Source of the DNA: Minisyncoccota bacterium
GTDB taxonomy: Bacteria; Patescibacteriota; Minisyncoccia; Phycocordibacterales; CAJBRS01
Assembly (NCBI GenBank): GCA_017881075.1
Contig: JADGRH010000003.1
Coordinates: 682 to 64,681 of the forward strand
Direction of reading: 5' to 3'
DNA: 64,000 nucleotides
In this document: one piece after another, positions 28,310 to 40,516 of the stretch
Position numbering within the stretch: position 1 is the stretch's first letter
Layout: every line of letters begins with the position of its first letter
Notes under the pieces: generated by a model
Database searches by the model: none
Seen by the model: the letters and a program-made list of their open reading frames with translations, nothing else
What the model was told of the DNA's origin: nothing
Translations under genes and position numbers: made by a program

Positions 28310-29518
28310 ATGCTATTTAATTATAAAGCTATAGATTCAACCGGGGCAGAGAAAAGAGGCTCAATTGAGGCCATTAATGTTGATGTCGCTATTAATGGTT
28401 TGCAACGGCGAGGGTTGATTATTTCTGAAATCAAGTCTGCCGAAGAGGATGGATCTTTTTTCGGTCGGAAATTAGGCATCTTCCAACATGTTTCAAACAA
28501 AGAAGTAGTCATCTTGTCTCGTCAGATGGCCACTCTCTTTGCCGCCCAAGTCTCGGCCCTCCGGATTTTCCGCTTGCTCTCTACCGAAGTAGATAACGAT
28601 GCTCTAAAAACTATTTTAACCGAAGTATCCGACGATCTTCAAGGAGGCAGTACTATCTCTAAAGCTCTAACCAAACATCCAAAAGTTTTTTCTCCTTTTT
28701 ATGTAAATATGGTCAAGGCTGGAGAAGAATCAGGTAAACTTGATGAAACTTTTATCTATCTGGCCGACTATCTTGATAGAAATTATGCCGTTACTTCCAA
28801 AGCCCGGAACGCCTTGATTTATCCGGCTTTTGTCATTTTTACCTTTATAGCGGTTATGATTTTGATGCTTACACTGGTTATTCCAAAGATTAGTGTCATT
28901 CTTACCAGTGCCGGTCAGCAAGTGCCGCTTTATACACGCATCGTTATAGGCATTAGCGCCTTCGTGGTAGATTACGGAGTCTTTCTAATCATTGCTCTCA
29001 TTCTGCTCGGCATCTTTGGCTTCTATTACATGCGCACCTCGGCTGGTAAAGAGGCCTGGGCCAGGACTCAATTAAGCATTCCATATGTTGGCTCGCTTTA
29101 TCGTAAGCTCTATCTTTCTCGAATAGCGGACAATATGAATACGCTTCTCATTAGCGGCCTGCCTATGATCAAGGCTCTTGAGCTAAGTGCCAATGTGGTG
29201 GACAGTGTTATTTATGAGAATATCCTGCTTCAGACACTGGAATCGGTGAAAGGGGGAAGTGCTCTTTCTGACGCCTTAGGCAGACACGCTGATATTCCGA
29301 GTATTATGGTTCAAATGGTGAAGATCGGTGAAGAGACAGGAGAGCTGGGCCATATTCTGGATACTCTGGCCAAGTTCTATCAAAGAGAAGTGGTCAATGC
29401 TGTAGATACTCTGGTGGATCTTATCGAGCCGGTGATGATTGTGCTCCTCGGTCTCGGGGTAGGGTTCCTCTTGGCCTCGGTTCTAATCCCTATCTACAAC
29501 ATCAGTTCGGCTATTTAA
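28310..29518 (+). CDS. pilC: type IV pilus platform protein PilC (GspF family)
   Basis: The 402-aa protein has duplicated GspF domains and three TM segments. Confidence 0.9.
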   Translation: MLFNYKAIDSTGAEKRGSIEAINVDVAINGLQRRGLIISEIKSAEEDGSFFGRKLGIFQHVSNKEVVILSRQMATLFAAQVSALRIFRLLSTEVDNDALKTILTEVSDDLQGGSTISKALTKHPKVFSPFYVNMVKAGEESGKLDETFIYLADYLDRNYAVTSKARNALIYPAFVIFTFIAVMILMLTLVIPKISVILTSAGQQVPLYTRIVIGISAFVVDYGVFLIIALILLGIFGFYYMRTSAGKEAWARTQLSIPYVGSLYRKLYLSRIADNMNTLLISGLPMIKALELSANVVDSVIYENILLQTLESVKGGSALSDALGRHADIPSIMVQMVKIGEETGELGHILDTLAKFYQREVVNAVDTLVDLIEPVMIVLLGLGVGFLLASVLIPIYNISSAI

Positions 29519-29608
29519 CTTATCCACAAGAACCTTTCCGATAGGCTCTTTTTCCTATATAATATGCTTAAATACTAGGTCGAGCATTAAATCAAACGAA
29601 CAAAATAA

Positions 29609-30043
29609 ATGATCAAATTAAAAGATAAAAAAGGTTTTACCCTGATCGAACTCTTGGTGGTTATCGCCATCATTGGTATCCTTTCATCGGTCGTTTTGGC
29701 ATCACTCAGCACCGCCCGATCAAAAGGCAACGATGCTAAGGTCCAGGGTCAACTGGCTTCGGTTAGAAATGCTGCCGAGATCTATTACGGAACCAACGGT
29801 AATTACGGAACTACTACCTCCGCTTGTACGGGAGGAATGTTTGCCGATACCACTTCAGGTATGGCCAATCTTGTAGCTTCGGCCAACTACCCAACTGGTA
29901 GCACCGCAGTAGTATGTAACAGTAACGGTACAGCATATGCTGTCGGTGATACTTTGTCAGGCACAGGAAACTACTGGTGTGTAGACAGCACCGGCGTCTC
30001 CAAGAAGACCGGAGCAGCCCTTGGCGCAGCTACAAACTGCTAG
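29609..30043 (+). CDS. pilA: type IV pilin (major pilin candidate)
   Basis: The class III signal and N-methylation motif is KGFTLIELLVVIAIIGILSSVVLASL. A C-terminal Cys pair is present. Confidence 0.8.
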   Translation: MIKLKDKKGFTLIELLVVIAIIGILSSVVLASLSTARSKGNDAKVQGQLASVRNAAEIYYGTNGNYGTTTSACTGGMFADTTSGMANLVASANYPTGSTAVVCNSNGTAYAVGDTLSGTGNYWCVDSTGVSKKTGAALGAATNC

Positions 30044-30129
30044 TTATTTGTCTTTAAGTCTCAAATATCAAAAGAAAAACCCGGACCACAAGGTTTGGGT
30101 TTTTCTTTTTTATTGGTATAATTGGAATC

Positions 30130-30600
30130 ATGAAGTCAAAGACTACTTCTCGTGGTTTTACCCTTATTGAACTCTTAGTAGTTATCGCCATCATCGGTAT
30201 CCTTTCATCGGTGGTTTTAGCTTCTCTTAGCACCGCCCGATCAAAGGGAAATAACGCTAAAACTCAAGGGCAGTTGGCTTCGGTTAGAAATGCTGCTGAG
30301 ATCTACTATGATACCAACGGTAATTACGGAGCAGTCGCCGCTATTAGCGGAGCTACTTGCACCGGTGGTATGTGGAGTGATAGTGCCTCTGGAATGCTTA
30401 GTCTTACAACTGGAACGAATTATTATGACAGCACGGCTCCGAAATGTTCCACCGACGCAAACCCGACAACAAAATATGCTGCCTGGCATGCAATAAGCGA
30501 TGCAGCCAATCCAAACTTCTGTGTTGATAGTTCTGGAGTAGCTAAAAAAGAGCCATCTGGCTGGACTGCTCCAACTACTGCTAGCCCTATGTGTCCATAG
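30130..30600 (+). CDS. type IV pilin paralogue
   Basis: The prepilin motif RGFTLIELLVVIAIIGILSS is present and the N-terminal 60 aa are almost identical to the preceding pilin. It has its own -10 element and an upstream terminator. Confidence 0.8.
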   Translation: MKSKTTSRGFTLIELLVVIAIIGILSSVVLASLSTARSKGNNAKTQGQLASVRNAAEIYYDTNGNYGAVAAISGATCTGGMWSDSASGMLSLTTGTNYYDSTAPKCSTDANPTTKYAAWHAISDAANPNFCVDSSGVAKKEPSGWTAPTTASPMCP

Positions 30601-30702
30601 TCTACACAGGATAGTGGAGAAAAAGGGTCAGGAGCTTTTCTTGACTAACAAAAAGACCCAGCAATGGGCCTTTTTGTTTTTTTAGGCTATAATATATAGA
30701 AC

Positions 30703-31113
30703 ATGAGATTAAAGAATCGTGGTTTTACTCTCCTTGAACTCTTAGTAGTTATAGCCATTATCGGTGTTTTGGCGACCATTATTCTTGCTTCTCTTGCCAC
30801 CGCCAAGGCCAGAAGCCGTGATACCAGACGAATAGCCGACTTGAAGCAATTGCAGCAGGGGGTGGAAAATTATTTTGAGAATAATGGCACCTATCCTATT
30901 ACTTCCGACCTCACTTCTTTGTACCCCACCTATTTAGCCAGCGCTCCAAAAGATCCTTCGGGCGGCAATTACGCCTACGCTGGAACGGTTACCACTTACT
31001 GTATAGGTACCAATTTGGAAGCGAGCGTGCCCGCCGGAGTAGGTCCCTCTTCCAGTTGCACCATCTCGGGTTTTGATGCTAGCAAGGGCGCTTATAAAGT
31101 AGGTGGCCCATGA
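30703..31113 (+). CDS. pilin-like protein
   Basis: The prepilin motif is RGFTLLELLVVIAIIGVLATIILASL. Confidence 0.7.
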   Translation: MRLKNRGFTLLELLVVIAIIGVLATIILASLATAKARSRDTRRIADLKQLQQGVENYFENNGTYPITSDLTSLYPTYLASAPKDPSGGNYAYAGTVTTYCIGTNLEASVPAGVGPSSSCTISGFDASKGAYKVGGP

Positions 31114-31892
31114 TTTTAGGAGGGATTATTTTCTTTGTTTTCGGTAGCATTATCGGCAGTTTTCTTAATGTGGTTATTCTCCGATATAATACCGGCCGCG
31201 ACGTAATCCGCGGCCGGTCTTCTTGTCCTGTCTGTCGGCACGAGCTCGGATTTTTAGAGCTCGTGCCCATTATTAGTTTCATCTTTCTTCGGGCTCGTTG
31301 TAGAAAGTGTCTTTCCAAGATTTCCTGGCAGTATCCTTTGGTAGAACTTTTTACCGGAGTCATTTTTGCCGCTGTTTTTTTAAAAATGAATAATATTCCT
31401 AATTCTTTATTCCTAATTCCTTATTCTCTGGTTATTTTTAGCGTTCTCATTACCATCTTTGTCTATGACTGGAAGCATAAAATCATCCCTGACGGCTTGG
31501 TCTACGGCTTCATTACTCTAAGTTTTTTGAACACATTATTCCTCATTCCTCATTCCTCATTTTTTATTCTCGATTTATTGGCTGGCCCTATCATGTTCCT
31601 ACCCTTTTTTCTCCTCTGGTTTTTTTCCAGCGGTCGCTGGATGGGTCTTGGAGACGCTAAATTGGCGACCGGCATTGGCTGGTTTTTAGGATTTTCTGGC
31701 GCTGTTTCAGCCGTCATTCTGGGGTTTTGGATTGGTGCCGTTGTCGGGGTATTAATGCTTTTGATAAAAAGTCCAAAAAGACTTACAATAAAGAGCGAAA
31801 TACCCTTTGCTCCCTTCCTTATTATCGGACTCTGGCTCGTTTATTTCTTCGGTTTTGATATTGTGGGCCTACATCTTCTTTTGTCACATTAA
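31110..31892 (+). CDS. pilD: prepilin peptidase PilD (A24 family)
   Basis: The 260-aa polytopic membrane protein has the Cys motif CPVCRHEL...CRKC and conserved Asp residues. Confidence 0.85.
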   Translation: MILGGIIFFVFGSIIGSFLNVVILRYNTGRDVIRGRSSCPVCRHELGFLELVPIISFIFLRARCRKCLSKISWQYPLVELFTGVIFAAVFLKMNNIPNSLFLIPYSLVIFSVLITIFVYDWKHKIIPDGLVYGFITLSFLNTLFLIPHSSFFILDLLAGPIMFLPFFLLWFFSSGRWMGLGDAKLATGIGWFLGFSGAVSAVILGFWIGAVVGVLMLLIKSPKRLTIKSEIPFAPFLIIGLWLVYFFGFDIVGLHLLLSH

Positions 31893-31895
31893 TTT

Positions 31896-32606
31896 ATGAA
31901 ATTCTTATCAAATGTCATTAAGCCGAAATTAAAGCGCGGATTTACATTGATTGAGCTTCTCGTCGTCCTTGCCATCTTCATCGTCATCACCTCCGTCGTC
32001 CTCGCCCGCCAAAATCGTTTTTCCAGCGATATTCTCCTTTCCGACGTTGCCTATCAGATCGCCATCTCCATTCGCCAAGCCCAGGTTTATGGTCTGGGAG
32101 TTCGCAGTGTTGGAGGAGTGACTAAAGGAGTCGACATCACTTACGATACCGGTTACGGCATTCATTTTGAGGGTCCTTTGCCGGCAAGCTCCTACATTTT
32201 TTTCCCTGATCTTAATAAAAATGGCATAGCTGACGTGGTGAATGGTACTCTAGAAACAAGTCTATCAACACCGGGTACCATCAGTTACGATCTATCTCGA
32301 GGTCAGAAAATTGTCTCCGTTTGTGCCACTAATGCAAACGGCAATGGTTGTCTATCTGGTCTGTCTGGAGTAAAAGGAGGTTCTGGCAACGCCAGCTCCT
32401 TAAATGTGATATACATTCGTCCCGACCCTACCGCTAAAATATCAGACGATCAGGGTGTCTCTTATAACACCTTAGTTATTACTGTCGCCTCCTCCCTCGG
32501 TGATCGTTTTAAGTGCATCACTGCTTATGGCACTGGCCAGGTTTCTGTTTCCAATCCAACAGGTATTCTCCCAAATCCATGCATCTCTTCAAACCTAATA
32601 AAATAA
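31896..32606 (+). CDS. minor pilin (GspH/FimT-like)
   Basis: The prepilin motif is RGFTLIELLVVLAIFIVI. Confidence 0.6.
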   Translation: MKFLSNVIKPKLKRGFTLIELLVVLAIFIVITSVVLARQNRFSSDILLSDVAYQIAISIRQAQVYGLGVRSVGGVTKGVDITYDTGYGIHFEGPLPASSYIFFPDLNKNGIADVVNGTLETSLSTPGTISYDLSRGQKIVSVCATNANGNGCLSGLSGVKGGSGNASSLNVIYIRPDPTAKISDDQGVSYNTLVITVASSLGDRFKCITAYGTGQVSVSNPTGILPNPCISSNLIK

Positions 32607-33142
32607 ATAGAAAAAGTGGATTCACCCTCATTGAATTGATGGTAGCTTCGGCTATTTTCATTATTGTTATGGTCATTGCTATTGGTGCGGTTCTTAGCAT
32701 TGTTGACGCCAATCGAAAAGCCCAATCTCTTAATGCTGTCATGACCAATTTGAATTTTGCCGTAGAAAGTATGGTTCGAGATTTAAACACCGGCACCAAC
32801 TACTGCGACGCCGTAAACCAATGCTCTCAAGGTCCCAACGTCGGAACTTTTTCCACTCCAGAACTTAGTTTTACTAATAGCCACAATGAACCGGTCGTTT
32901 ATCGTTTTGACCAGAAGAATGGCAAGATAACTAAAGAAGTAAACAATCAAGGCCCAGAGGACATGACTGCTCCGGACACAAAGATCACCAGTATGATTTT
33001 TTATGTAGAGGGACACGGAGTGGGCGATACATTACAGCCGATTATTCTGCTCTACCTTCAGGGGCAAGTGGGGGCGAGCCCCAAAACCAAATCCACTTTC
33101 AAGCTCCAGACCCTGATTACTCAAAGAAGGTTGGATTCATAA
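32579..33142 (+). CDS. minor pilin (PilW/PilV-like)
   Basis: The start is set at MHLFKPNKINRKSGFTLIELMVASAIF, which carries the prepilin motif. The ORF-track start at 32513 is probably too early. Confidence 0.5.
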   Translation: MHLFKPNKINRKSGFTLIELMVASAIFIIVMVIAIGAVLSIVDANRKAQSLNAVMTNLNFAVESMVRDLNTGTNYCDAVNQCSQGPNVGTFSTPELSFTNSHNEPVVYRFDQKNGKITKEVNNQGPEDMTAPDTKITSMIFYVEGHGVGDTLQPIILLYLQGQVGASPKTKSTFKLQTLITQRRLDS

Positions 33143-33151
33143 TATAGGAAT

Positions 33152-33775
33152 ATGGAATATCAAATTAAAAATAAAAAGAAAGGCAGCCTCGGCTTTACCC
33201 TGATTGAAACTATGATTGCCATTGCTATTTTAGTCTTGGCCATTCTCGGCCCTCTTACTATCGCCGCCAATGCTCTCCATTCGGCCTATTTTGCCAGTGA
33301 TCAAGTGACGGCATTCTATTTGGCTCAAGAAGGCATTGAATACATGCGTTTTCTTCGGGACAATGATTTTATTGCTGACCAGTCTAGCCCCGGTTCAGTA
33401 GTATGGGATCAAGGATTGGAGAAATGTGATTCAAAGAGAGGGGGGTATACTTTCTGTGGCATGGATGCAAATAATGTCTTTTCGTCCAAAACAACTGTCT
33501 TGATTAATTGCGATAATCTGGCTGCATGTCGGCTAGTCCAGGATTCCACTGGCGCATTCCACCAACTAGATTCTGGAGGATCTTTGCCTCCCTCGGGGTT
33601 TACTCAGACCAATTTTTATCGAACTATTACAGTGAGCCAGGTCCCTGGCACTTCCAACGAGGATAAAATAACAGCGCATGTAAGCTGGACAACAGGCAAT
33701 CTTTCTTCCCCAACTAATTTCGAAATTAGCGAAAATGTTTTCAATTGGCTAGGCTCTTCACAATCACCACAATAA
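33152..33775 (+). CDS. minor pilin
   Basis: The prepilin motif is GSLGFTLIETMIAIAILVLAILG. Confidence 0.55.
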   Translation: MEYQIKNKKKGSLGFTLIETMIAIAILVLAILGPLTIAANALHSAYFASDQVTAFYLAQEGIEYMRFLRDNDFIADQSSPGSVVWDQGLEKCDSKRGGYTFCGMDANNVFSSKTTVLINCDNLAACRLVQDSTGAFHQLDSGGSLPPSGFTQTNFYRTITVSQVPGTSNEDKITAHVSWTTGNLSSPTNFEISENVFNWLGSSQSPQ

Positions 33776-33776
33776 T

Positions 33777-36420
<2,644 letters not shown>

Positions 36421-36426
36421 GGATGG

Positions 36427-36506
36427 CCCGTGTCCCCCGCATCGCTCCTGCCCGACTTTTCTCCTCTGCTGAGTAGAAAGAGTCGTTCACGAGCTCTGCG
36501 GGAACA
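36427..36506 (+). repeat. about 80-nt intergenic repeat element, copy 1
   Basis: CCGTGTCCCCCGCATCGCTCCTGCCCGAC...GTCGTTCACGAGCTCTGCGGGAACAG matches the reverse complement of 61046-61128 at roughly 85% identity. Confidence 0.7.
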
Positions 36507-36590
36507 GATGTGGACCTTTGGGTATTTCAATAAGGACTATTGTGGTGCGGCTACTCCAGGTTCTATTTGATCTCATGTTATAATTTATCA

Positions 36591-36875
36591 ATGAACATTA
36601 GAGACATCGAGAAATTGGCGGCTCTGTCGCGGATTGATTTACAGGAAGGGGAGAAGAAGAGCCTGCTTGCGGAAATGGGTGCGATTTTAAATTATGTCAA
36701 TCAGGTGAAGGAGGCAGCTGCCTTCGCCGCTGATAATATGGAAGAAAAGCCGTATTCCCGGAATATTTGGAGAGAAGATGCTAATCCGCATGAGAGCGGA
36801 ATATTTACTGATGTATTGCTCGCAAGTGCACCGGCTCGGCATGGGCAATATATTAAGGTGAAGAAGATACTCTGA
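36591..36875 (+). CDS. gatC: Asp/Glu-tRNA(Asn/Gln) amidotransferase subunit C
   Basis: The protein begins MNIRDIEKLAALSRIDLQEGEKKSL and is translationally coupled to gatA. The start was moved downstream from the ORF-track start. Confidence 0.8.
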   Translation: MNIRDIEKLAALSRIDLQEGEKKSLLAEMGAILNYVNQVKEAAAFAADNMEEKPYSRNIWREDANPHESGIFTDVLLASAPARHGQYIKVKKIL

Positions 36876-38296
36876 TGGACCTAACTACCCTGACAATTAA
36901 AAAAGCTCATGACCATTTGATCAAGGGTGATTTTTCGGTGCGCGAATTGACGCAGGCCTATCTGGAAAATATTGAGAAGAAAAATAAAAACCTCAATGCC
37001 TATTTAGAAGTTTTTGATGATTGTTTGGATCAGGCCGACGAAGCAGATAAACGTCTGAAAAATGAAAAAGATAATTTCATGCTCGGAGTGCCGATGGCTT
37101 TTAAAGATAATATGCTGATCAAGGGTAGAAATGTTTCAGCCGGCTCTAAAATTTTGGAAGGATATAAAGCTACTTATGATGCCGGCGTCATCAAGAAATT
37201 AAAAGAGGCCGGCACTATCCTCCTCGGTCGCACCAATATGGATGAATTTGCTATGGGCACTTCCACTGAAAACTCCGCATATGGAGTGACTAAAAATCCC
37301 CATGATCTCTCCAGAGTGCCTGGAGGGTCGAGCGGCGGCTCCGCCGCCGCTCTCGCCGCCAACCTCACCCTCGGCGCTCTTGGGTCCGACACTGGCGGCT
37401 CTGTCCGCCAACCAGCAAGCTTCTGCGGTGTAGTTGGGTTTAAGCCAAGTTATGGACGCGTTTCTAGGTCAGGTTTAATTGCTATGGCTTCTTCTCTTGA
37501 CCAAATTAGTCCCTTTGCCAAGACCGTAGAAGATGCCGAAATTATTTACAACATCATTAAAGGAAAGGATCCACAAGATAGTACCTCGCTCGATATCAAG
37601 GATGAGATCTACAAGAGTAAATCAAAGATGAAAATTGGCGTGCCATTTCATTTCATAAACGAAGGAACAGAGCAAGCTGTCTTAGATAATTTCAACCAAT
37701 CAATTAAAAAGATGCAGGATTTAGGTCACGAGGTTATTCCGATTACTATACCAAATATTAAATATTCTTTAGCGGTCTATTATATTATTGTGCCGGCCGA
37801 AGTCTCTTCCAACCTTGCTCGCTTTGATGGAGTAAAATATGGCCTTCATAAGGATGGCCAAGATCTTTTGGCAGACTACCTCTTAACTCGCGGAGAAGGT
37901 TTTGGAAAAGAAGTCCGTCGTAGAATCATGCTTGGTACCTATGTTCTTTCAAGCGGCTATTATGATGCTTATTATGGAAAGGCCAATCAGGTAAAGAATC
38001 TTTTGAAGGCTGATTTTAGAAAAACTTTTGAAGAAGTGAATTTTGTCATGACTCCAACTTCTCCAACAGTCGCTTTTAAGATTGGCGAAAAAGCTTCTGA
38101 CCCTTTAGCTTTATATCTTGCCGACATCTTTACCGTACCAGCCAATATCACAGGGCTTCCTTCCATCTCCATTCCTTCAGGCTTCGCCCTAACCGATGGG
38201 AAAAAATTACCGCTCGGCCTTCAATTTACCGCTCCCTTTTTGGCTGAAAGTTCATTATTTGAAATAGCTAAACAATTTGAAAAACTAAATGGTTGA
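36875..38296 (+). CDS. gatA: Asp/Glu-tRNA(Asn/Gln) amidotransferase subunit A
   Basis: The 473-aa protein has the amidase signature GGSSGGSAAALAA and the Ser-cisSer-Lys triad context. Confidence 0.9.
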   Translation: MDLTTLTIKKAHDHLIKGDFSVRELTQAYLENIEKKNKNLNAYLEVFDDCLDQADEADKRLKNEKDNFMLGVPMAFKDNMLIKGRNVSAGSKILEGYKATYDAGVIKKLKEAGTILLGRTNMDEFAMGTSTENSAYGVTKNPHDLSRVPGGSSGGSAAALAANLTLGALGSDTGGSVRQPASFCGVVGFKPSYGRVSRSGLIAMASSLDQISPFAKTVEDAEIIYNIIKGKDPQDSTSLDIKDEIYKSKSKMKIGVPFHFINEGTEQAVLDNFNQSIKKMQDLGHEVIPITIPNIKYSLAVYYIIVPAEVSSNLARFDGVKYGLHKDGQDLLADYLLTRGEGFGKEVRRRIMLGTYVLSSGYYDAYYGKANQVKNLLKADFRKTFEEVNFVMTPTSPTVAFKIGEKASDPLALYLADIFTVPANITGLPSISIPSGFALTDGKKLPLGLQFTAPFLAESSLFEIAKQFEKLNG

Positions 38297-38990
38297 AGAA
38301 AAATTCAAAGGAAAAGACAAGGAGAAGTCTGAAGTCTCGGAGGGTATTCATATCGTCGAGATCATCTTCGGTATTCTGATCCTTCTTTATTTTCTGAATC
38401 TTATTGGCAATTTTTTATCTCGTCATCTTGGCGGTGTTTCGCCGGACGGCACTAGCCCAACCGGCTTCAGCGCTTTCTCCGCTATTGGTCAGGCTATCGG
38501 CAGAACTTTTGTCAATGTCTTTCCCTCCATTCAATTTATCGCTATCTTCCTAACCCTTCTTTTTATCATGGGCATCATTTACACCTCTTTCAGATTACAT
38601 CATATAGAAAAAAAATATCATCTGGCCCAAAAAATAGAAAGAAATAAACAACTGAACGTTTATGATGAGAAAATAGTAAATCCCAAATGGCAGAAAGTTC
38701 TGGGGCATGTAAATGGTGCAAGCCCCAATGATTGGCGTTTGGCCATTCTTGAAGCCGATATTTTACTCGGTGACATGCTGGAGAAGATGGGGTACAGGGG
38801 AGAGGGGATCGGCGAGATGCTGAAATCAATAGAAGAGAATGATTTCAACACTCTTAATAATGCATGGGAGGGACACAAGATCAGAAATGCTATCGCTCAT
38901 GAAGGTTCGGATTTCATTCTTTCTCAACGTGAAGCCAAAAGGGCAATCAGCCTCTATCAGAGTGTTTTTGAGGAGTTTCATTTGATCTAA
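38289..38990 (+). CDS. membrane-anchored protein with C-terminal HEPN-like (Rx4H) domain
   Basis: The 233-aa protein has two N-terminal TM helices and the C-terminal motif HKIRNAIAHEG. It overlaps the gatA stop by 8 nt. Confidence 0.4.
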   Translation: MVEEKFKGKDKEKSEVSEGIHIVEIIFGILILLYFLNLIGNFLSRHLGGVSPDGTSPTGFSAFSAIGQAIGRTFVNVFPSIQFIAIFLTLLFIMGIIYTSFRLHHIEKKYHLAQKIERNKQLNVYDEKIVNPKWQKVLGHVNGASPNDWRLAILEADILLGDMLEKMGYRGEGIGEMLKSIEENDFNTLNNAWEGHKIRNAIAHEGSDFILSQREAKRAISLYQSVFEEFHLI

Positions 38991-39016
38991 TCTTTCCTTC
39001 GCGGGAGCTCGGGATA

Positions 39017-39066
39017 GTTAGCAAAAGTAAAGACCACTTTCTAAGGTGGTCTTTACTTTTGCTAAC
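39017..39066. other. 21-bp perfect-stem hairpin (terminator or processing structure)
   Basis: GTTAGCAAAAGTAAAGACCAC, an 8-nt loop, GTGGTCTTTACTTTTGCTAAC. It is followed by a second GC-rich hairpin at 39069-39096. No T-tract follows. Confidence 0.45.
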
Positions 39067-39307
39067 TAGTTGCGGGGCCCGGATTTGCGCCGGGGCCTGG
39101 AGGTTATGAGCCTCCCGAGCTACTGCTACTCTACCCCGCTATGTGGGTAATCTAAACTTCTACACCTTAATTCCATGGAGGTTATGAGTCTATTAGTTCT
39201 TTGCGAGCTACTGCTACTCTACTCTGCCATGAGCTTAATCGTAGTTATAGCAATATAACTCATCTTTATTTTATTTGCAATTTCCTATATATTTAACCAA
39301 CCTCAAT

Positions 39308-39382
39308 GTCGGGGTAGCTCAGTCGGTAGAGCACAGGACTCATAAGCCTGGGGTCGTGGGTTCGATTCCCACCCCCGACACC
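39308..39382 (+). tRNA. tRNA with CAU anticodon (Met or lysidine-Ile)
   Basis: GTCGGGG-TA-GCTCAGTCGGTAGAGC-A-CAGGA-CTCATAA-GCCTG-GGGTC-GTGGG-TTCGATT-CCCAC-CCCCGAC-A-CC. The GGG:CCC anticodon stem of initiator tRNAs is absent. Confidence 0.8.
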
Positions 39383-39424
39383 TTCTTATAGGTTTTTAGC
39401 AAATTCTGATAAGATATTTTCGTT

Positions 39425-39498
39425 GCGGTCATAGCTCAACTGGTTAGAGCACTCCCCTGTCACGGGAGAGGTTGCCGGTTCAAGTCCGGTTGACCGCG
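39425..39498 (+). tRNA. tRNA-Asp (anticodon GUC)
   Basis: GCGGTCA-TA-GCTCAACTGGTTAGAGC-A-CTCCC-CTGTCAC-GGGAG-AGGTT-GCCGG-TTCAAGT-CCGGT-TGACCGC-G. Confidence 0.9.
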
Positions 39499-39536
39499 CA
39501 ACTGAACGAAGTGGGAACTGTGGTAAAATTATAAAT

Positions 39537-40133
39537 ATGAAAAATTTAGGAAGAGGATTTATTGTCTCCTTGGTAATTGTGATTTTTGCTTTAGTTGTAG
39601 CGGTTGCATATATATACCATCTGAAACAATCTACAAAGGAGAAGGTGAGTGTAATGGTTGATGGACCAGGATTTGTTTCCGCTTACGATTACCCACTCAT
39701 TACCACAGGCTCTAAATTTGACCCGATTCATTACCAAGTCTGGGCTAATAACACTCTAAAGATAATTAAAAATAACGAGAGTATCCAAAGCATGTCTCTG
39801 GATGAGCAGGGGGAATTCGCACTGAATAAAGACCTTAATAAAAATATGCCTTTTATAGTAGATAAAGATGTGAATTATGATGGTTACAATGATGTTGGAG
39901 TGCTAACTTCAACAGGATATGCAGGGGTAAATTATTATTACGATTATTACATTTATAACCCGAAGACCGAAAGACTTGAAAAAAGTTCAATCTTAACTCA
40001 AATATCAAATCCAAAGTTTGATATGAATAGTAAAAAAATTATTTCATCCTATAGAAGTGGGCCGCAGTGGTACACTGAAATTTTACAATGGAACGGTTCA
40101 TCTTATGTAAGATCAAAGGCCAAATCAGAGTAA
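39537..40133 (+). CDS. hypothetical membrane-anchored protein
   Basis: The 198-aa protein has an N-terminal TM helix and an Asn/Tyr-rich extracytoplasmic region. Confidence 0.35.
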   Translation: MKNLGRGFIVSLVIVIFALVVAVAYIYHLKQSTKEKVSVMVDGPGFVSAYDYPLITTGSKFDPIHYQVWANNTLKIIKNNESIQSMSLDEQGEFALNKDLNKNMPFIVDKDVNYDGYNDVGVLTSTGYAGVNYYYDYYIYNPKTERLEKSSILTQISNPKFDMNSKKIISSYRSGPQWYTEILQWNGSSYVRSKAKSE

Positions 40134-40246
40134 TAAAATACTCAAACTGGTACAATCTGAACATAACCACTCTCTCTAATCCTAGTTCCCGCTTTATCCA
40201 CTAGCGGGGCTTGACAAAAAATACCATGTGTATATACTTATGGTAT

Positions 40247-40513
40247 ATGAAAACACAAGTAAATCTTAAAATAGATAATAATGTTAAGAAGCAAGCTCAA
40301 AGGAGGGCGGAAGAGCTCGGATTGTCTTTGAGCTCCGTGGTGAATGTTACCTTAAAGCAGTTTGCTCGCACAGGTGAGCTAGAGCTTTCTGTTGCACCTA
40401 AAATGACTCCTTATTTAGAAAGTTTGGTACGCGAAGCAAGAGAGGATTATAAAAAAGGCAAAATTAGTGGTCCTTTTACTACAGCAGCCGAACTTATAAA
40501 GTATCTCAATTAA
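40247..40513 (+). CDS. RelB/DinJ-family antitoxin (ribbon-helix-helix)
   Basis: MKTQVNLKIDNNVKKQAQRRAEELGLSLSSVVNVTLKQFARTGELE resembles DinJ. It is 3 nt upstream of a RelE/YafQ-like toxin gene. The start was moved to the internal Met. Confidence 0.55.
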   Translation: MKTQVNLKIDNNVKKQAQRRAEELGLSLSSVVNVTLKQFARTGELELSVAPKMTPYLESLVREAREDYKKGKISGPFTTAAELIKYLN

Positions 40514-40516
40514 TAA

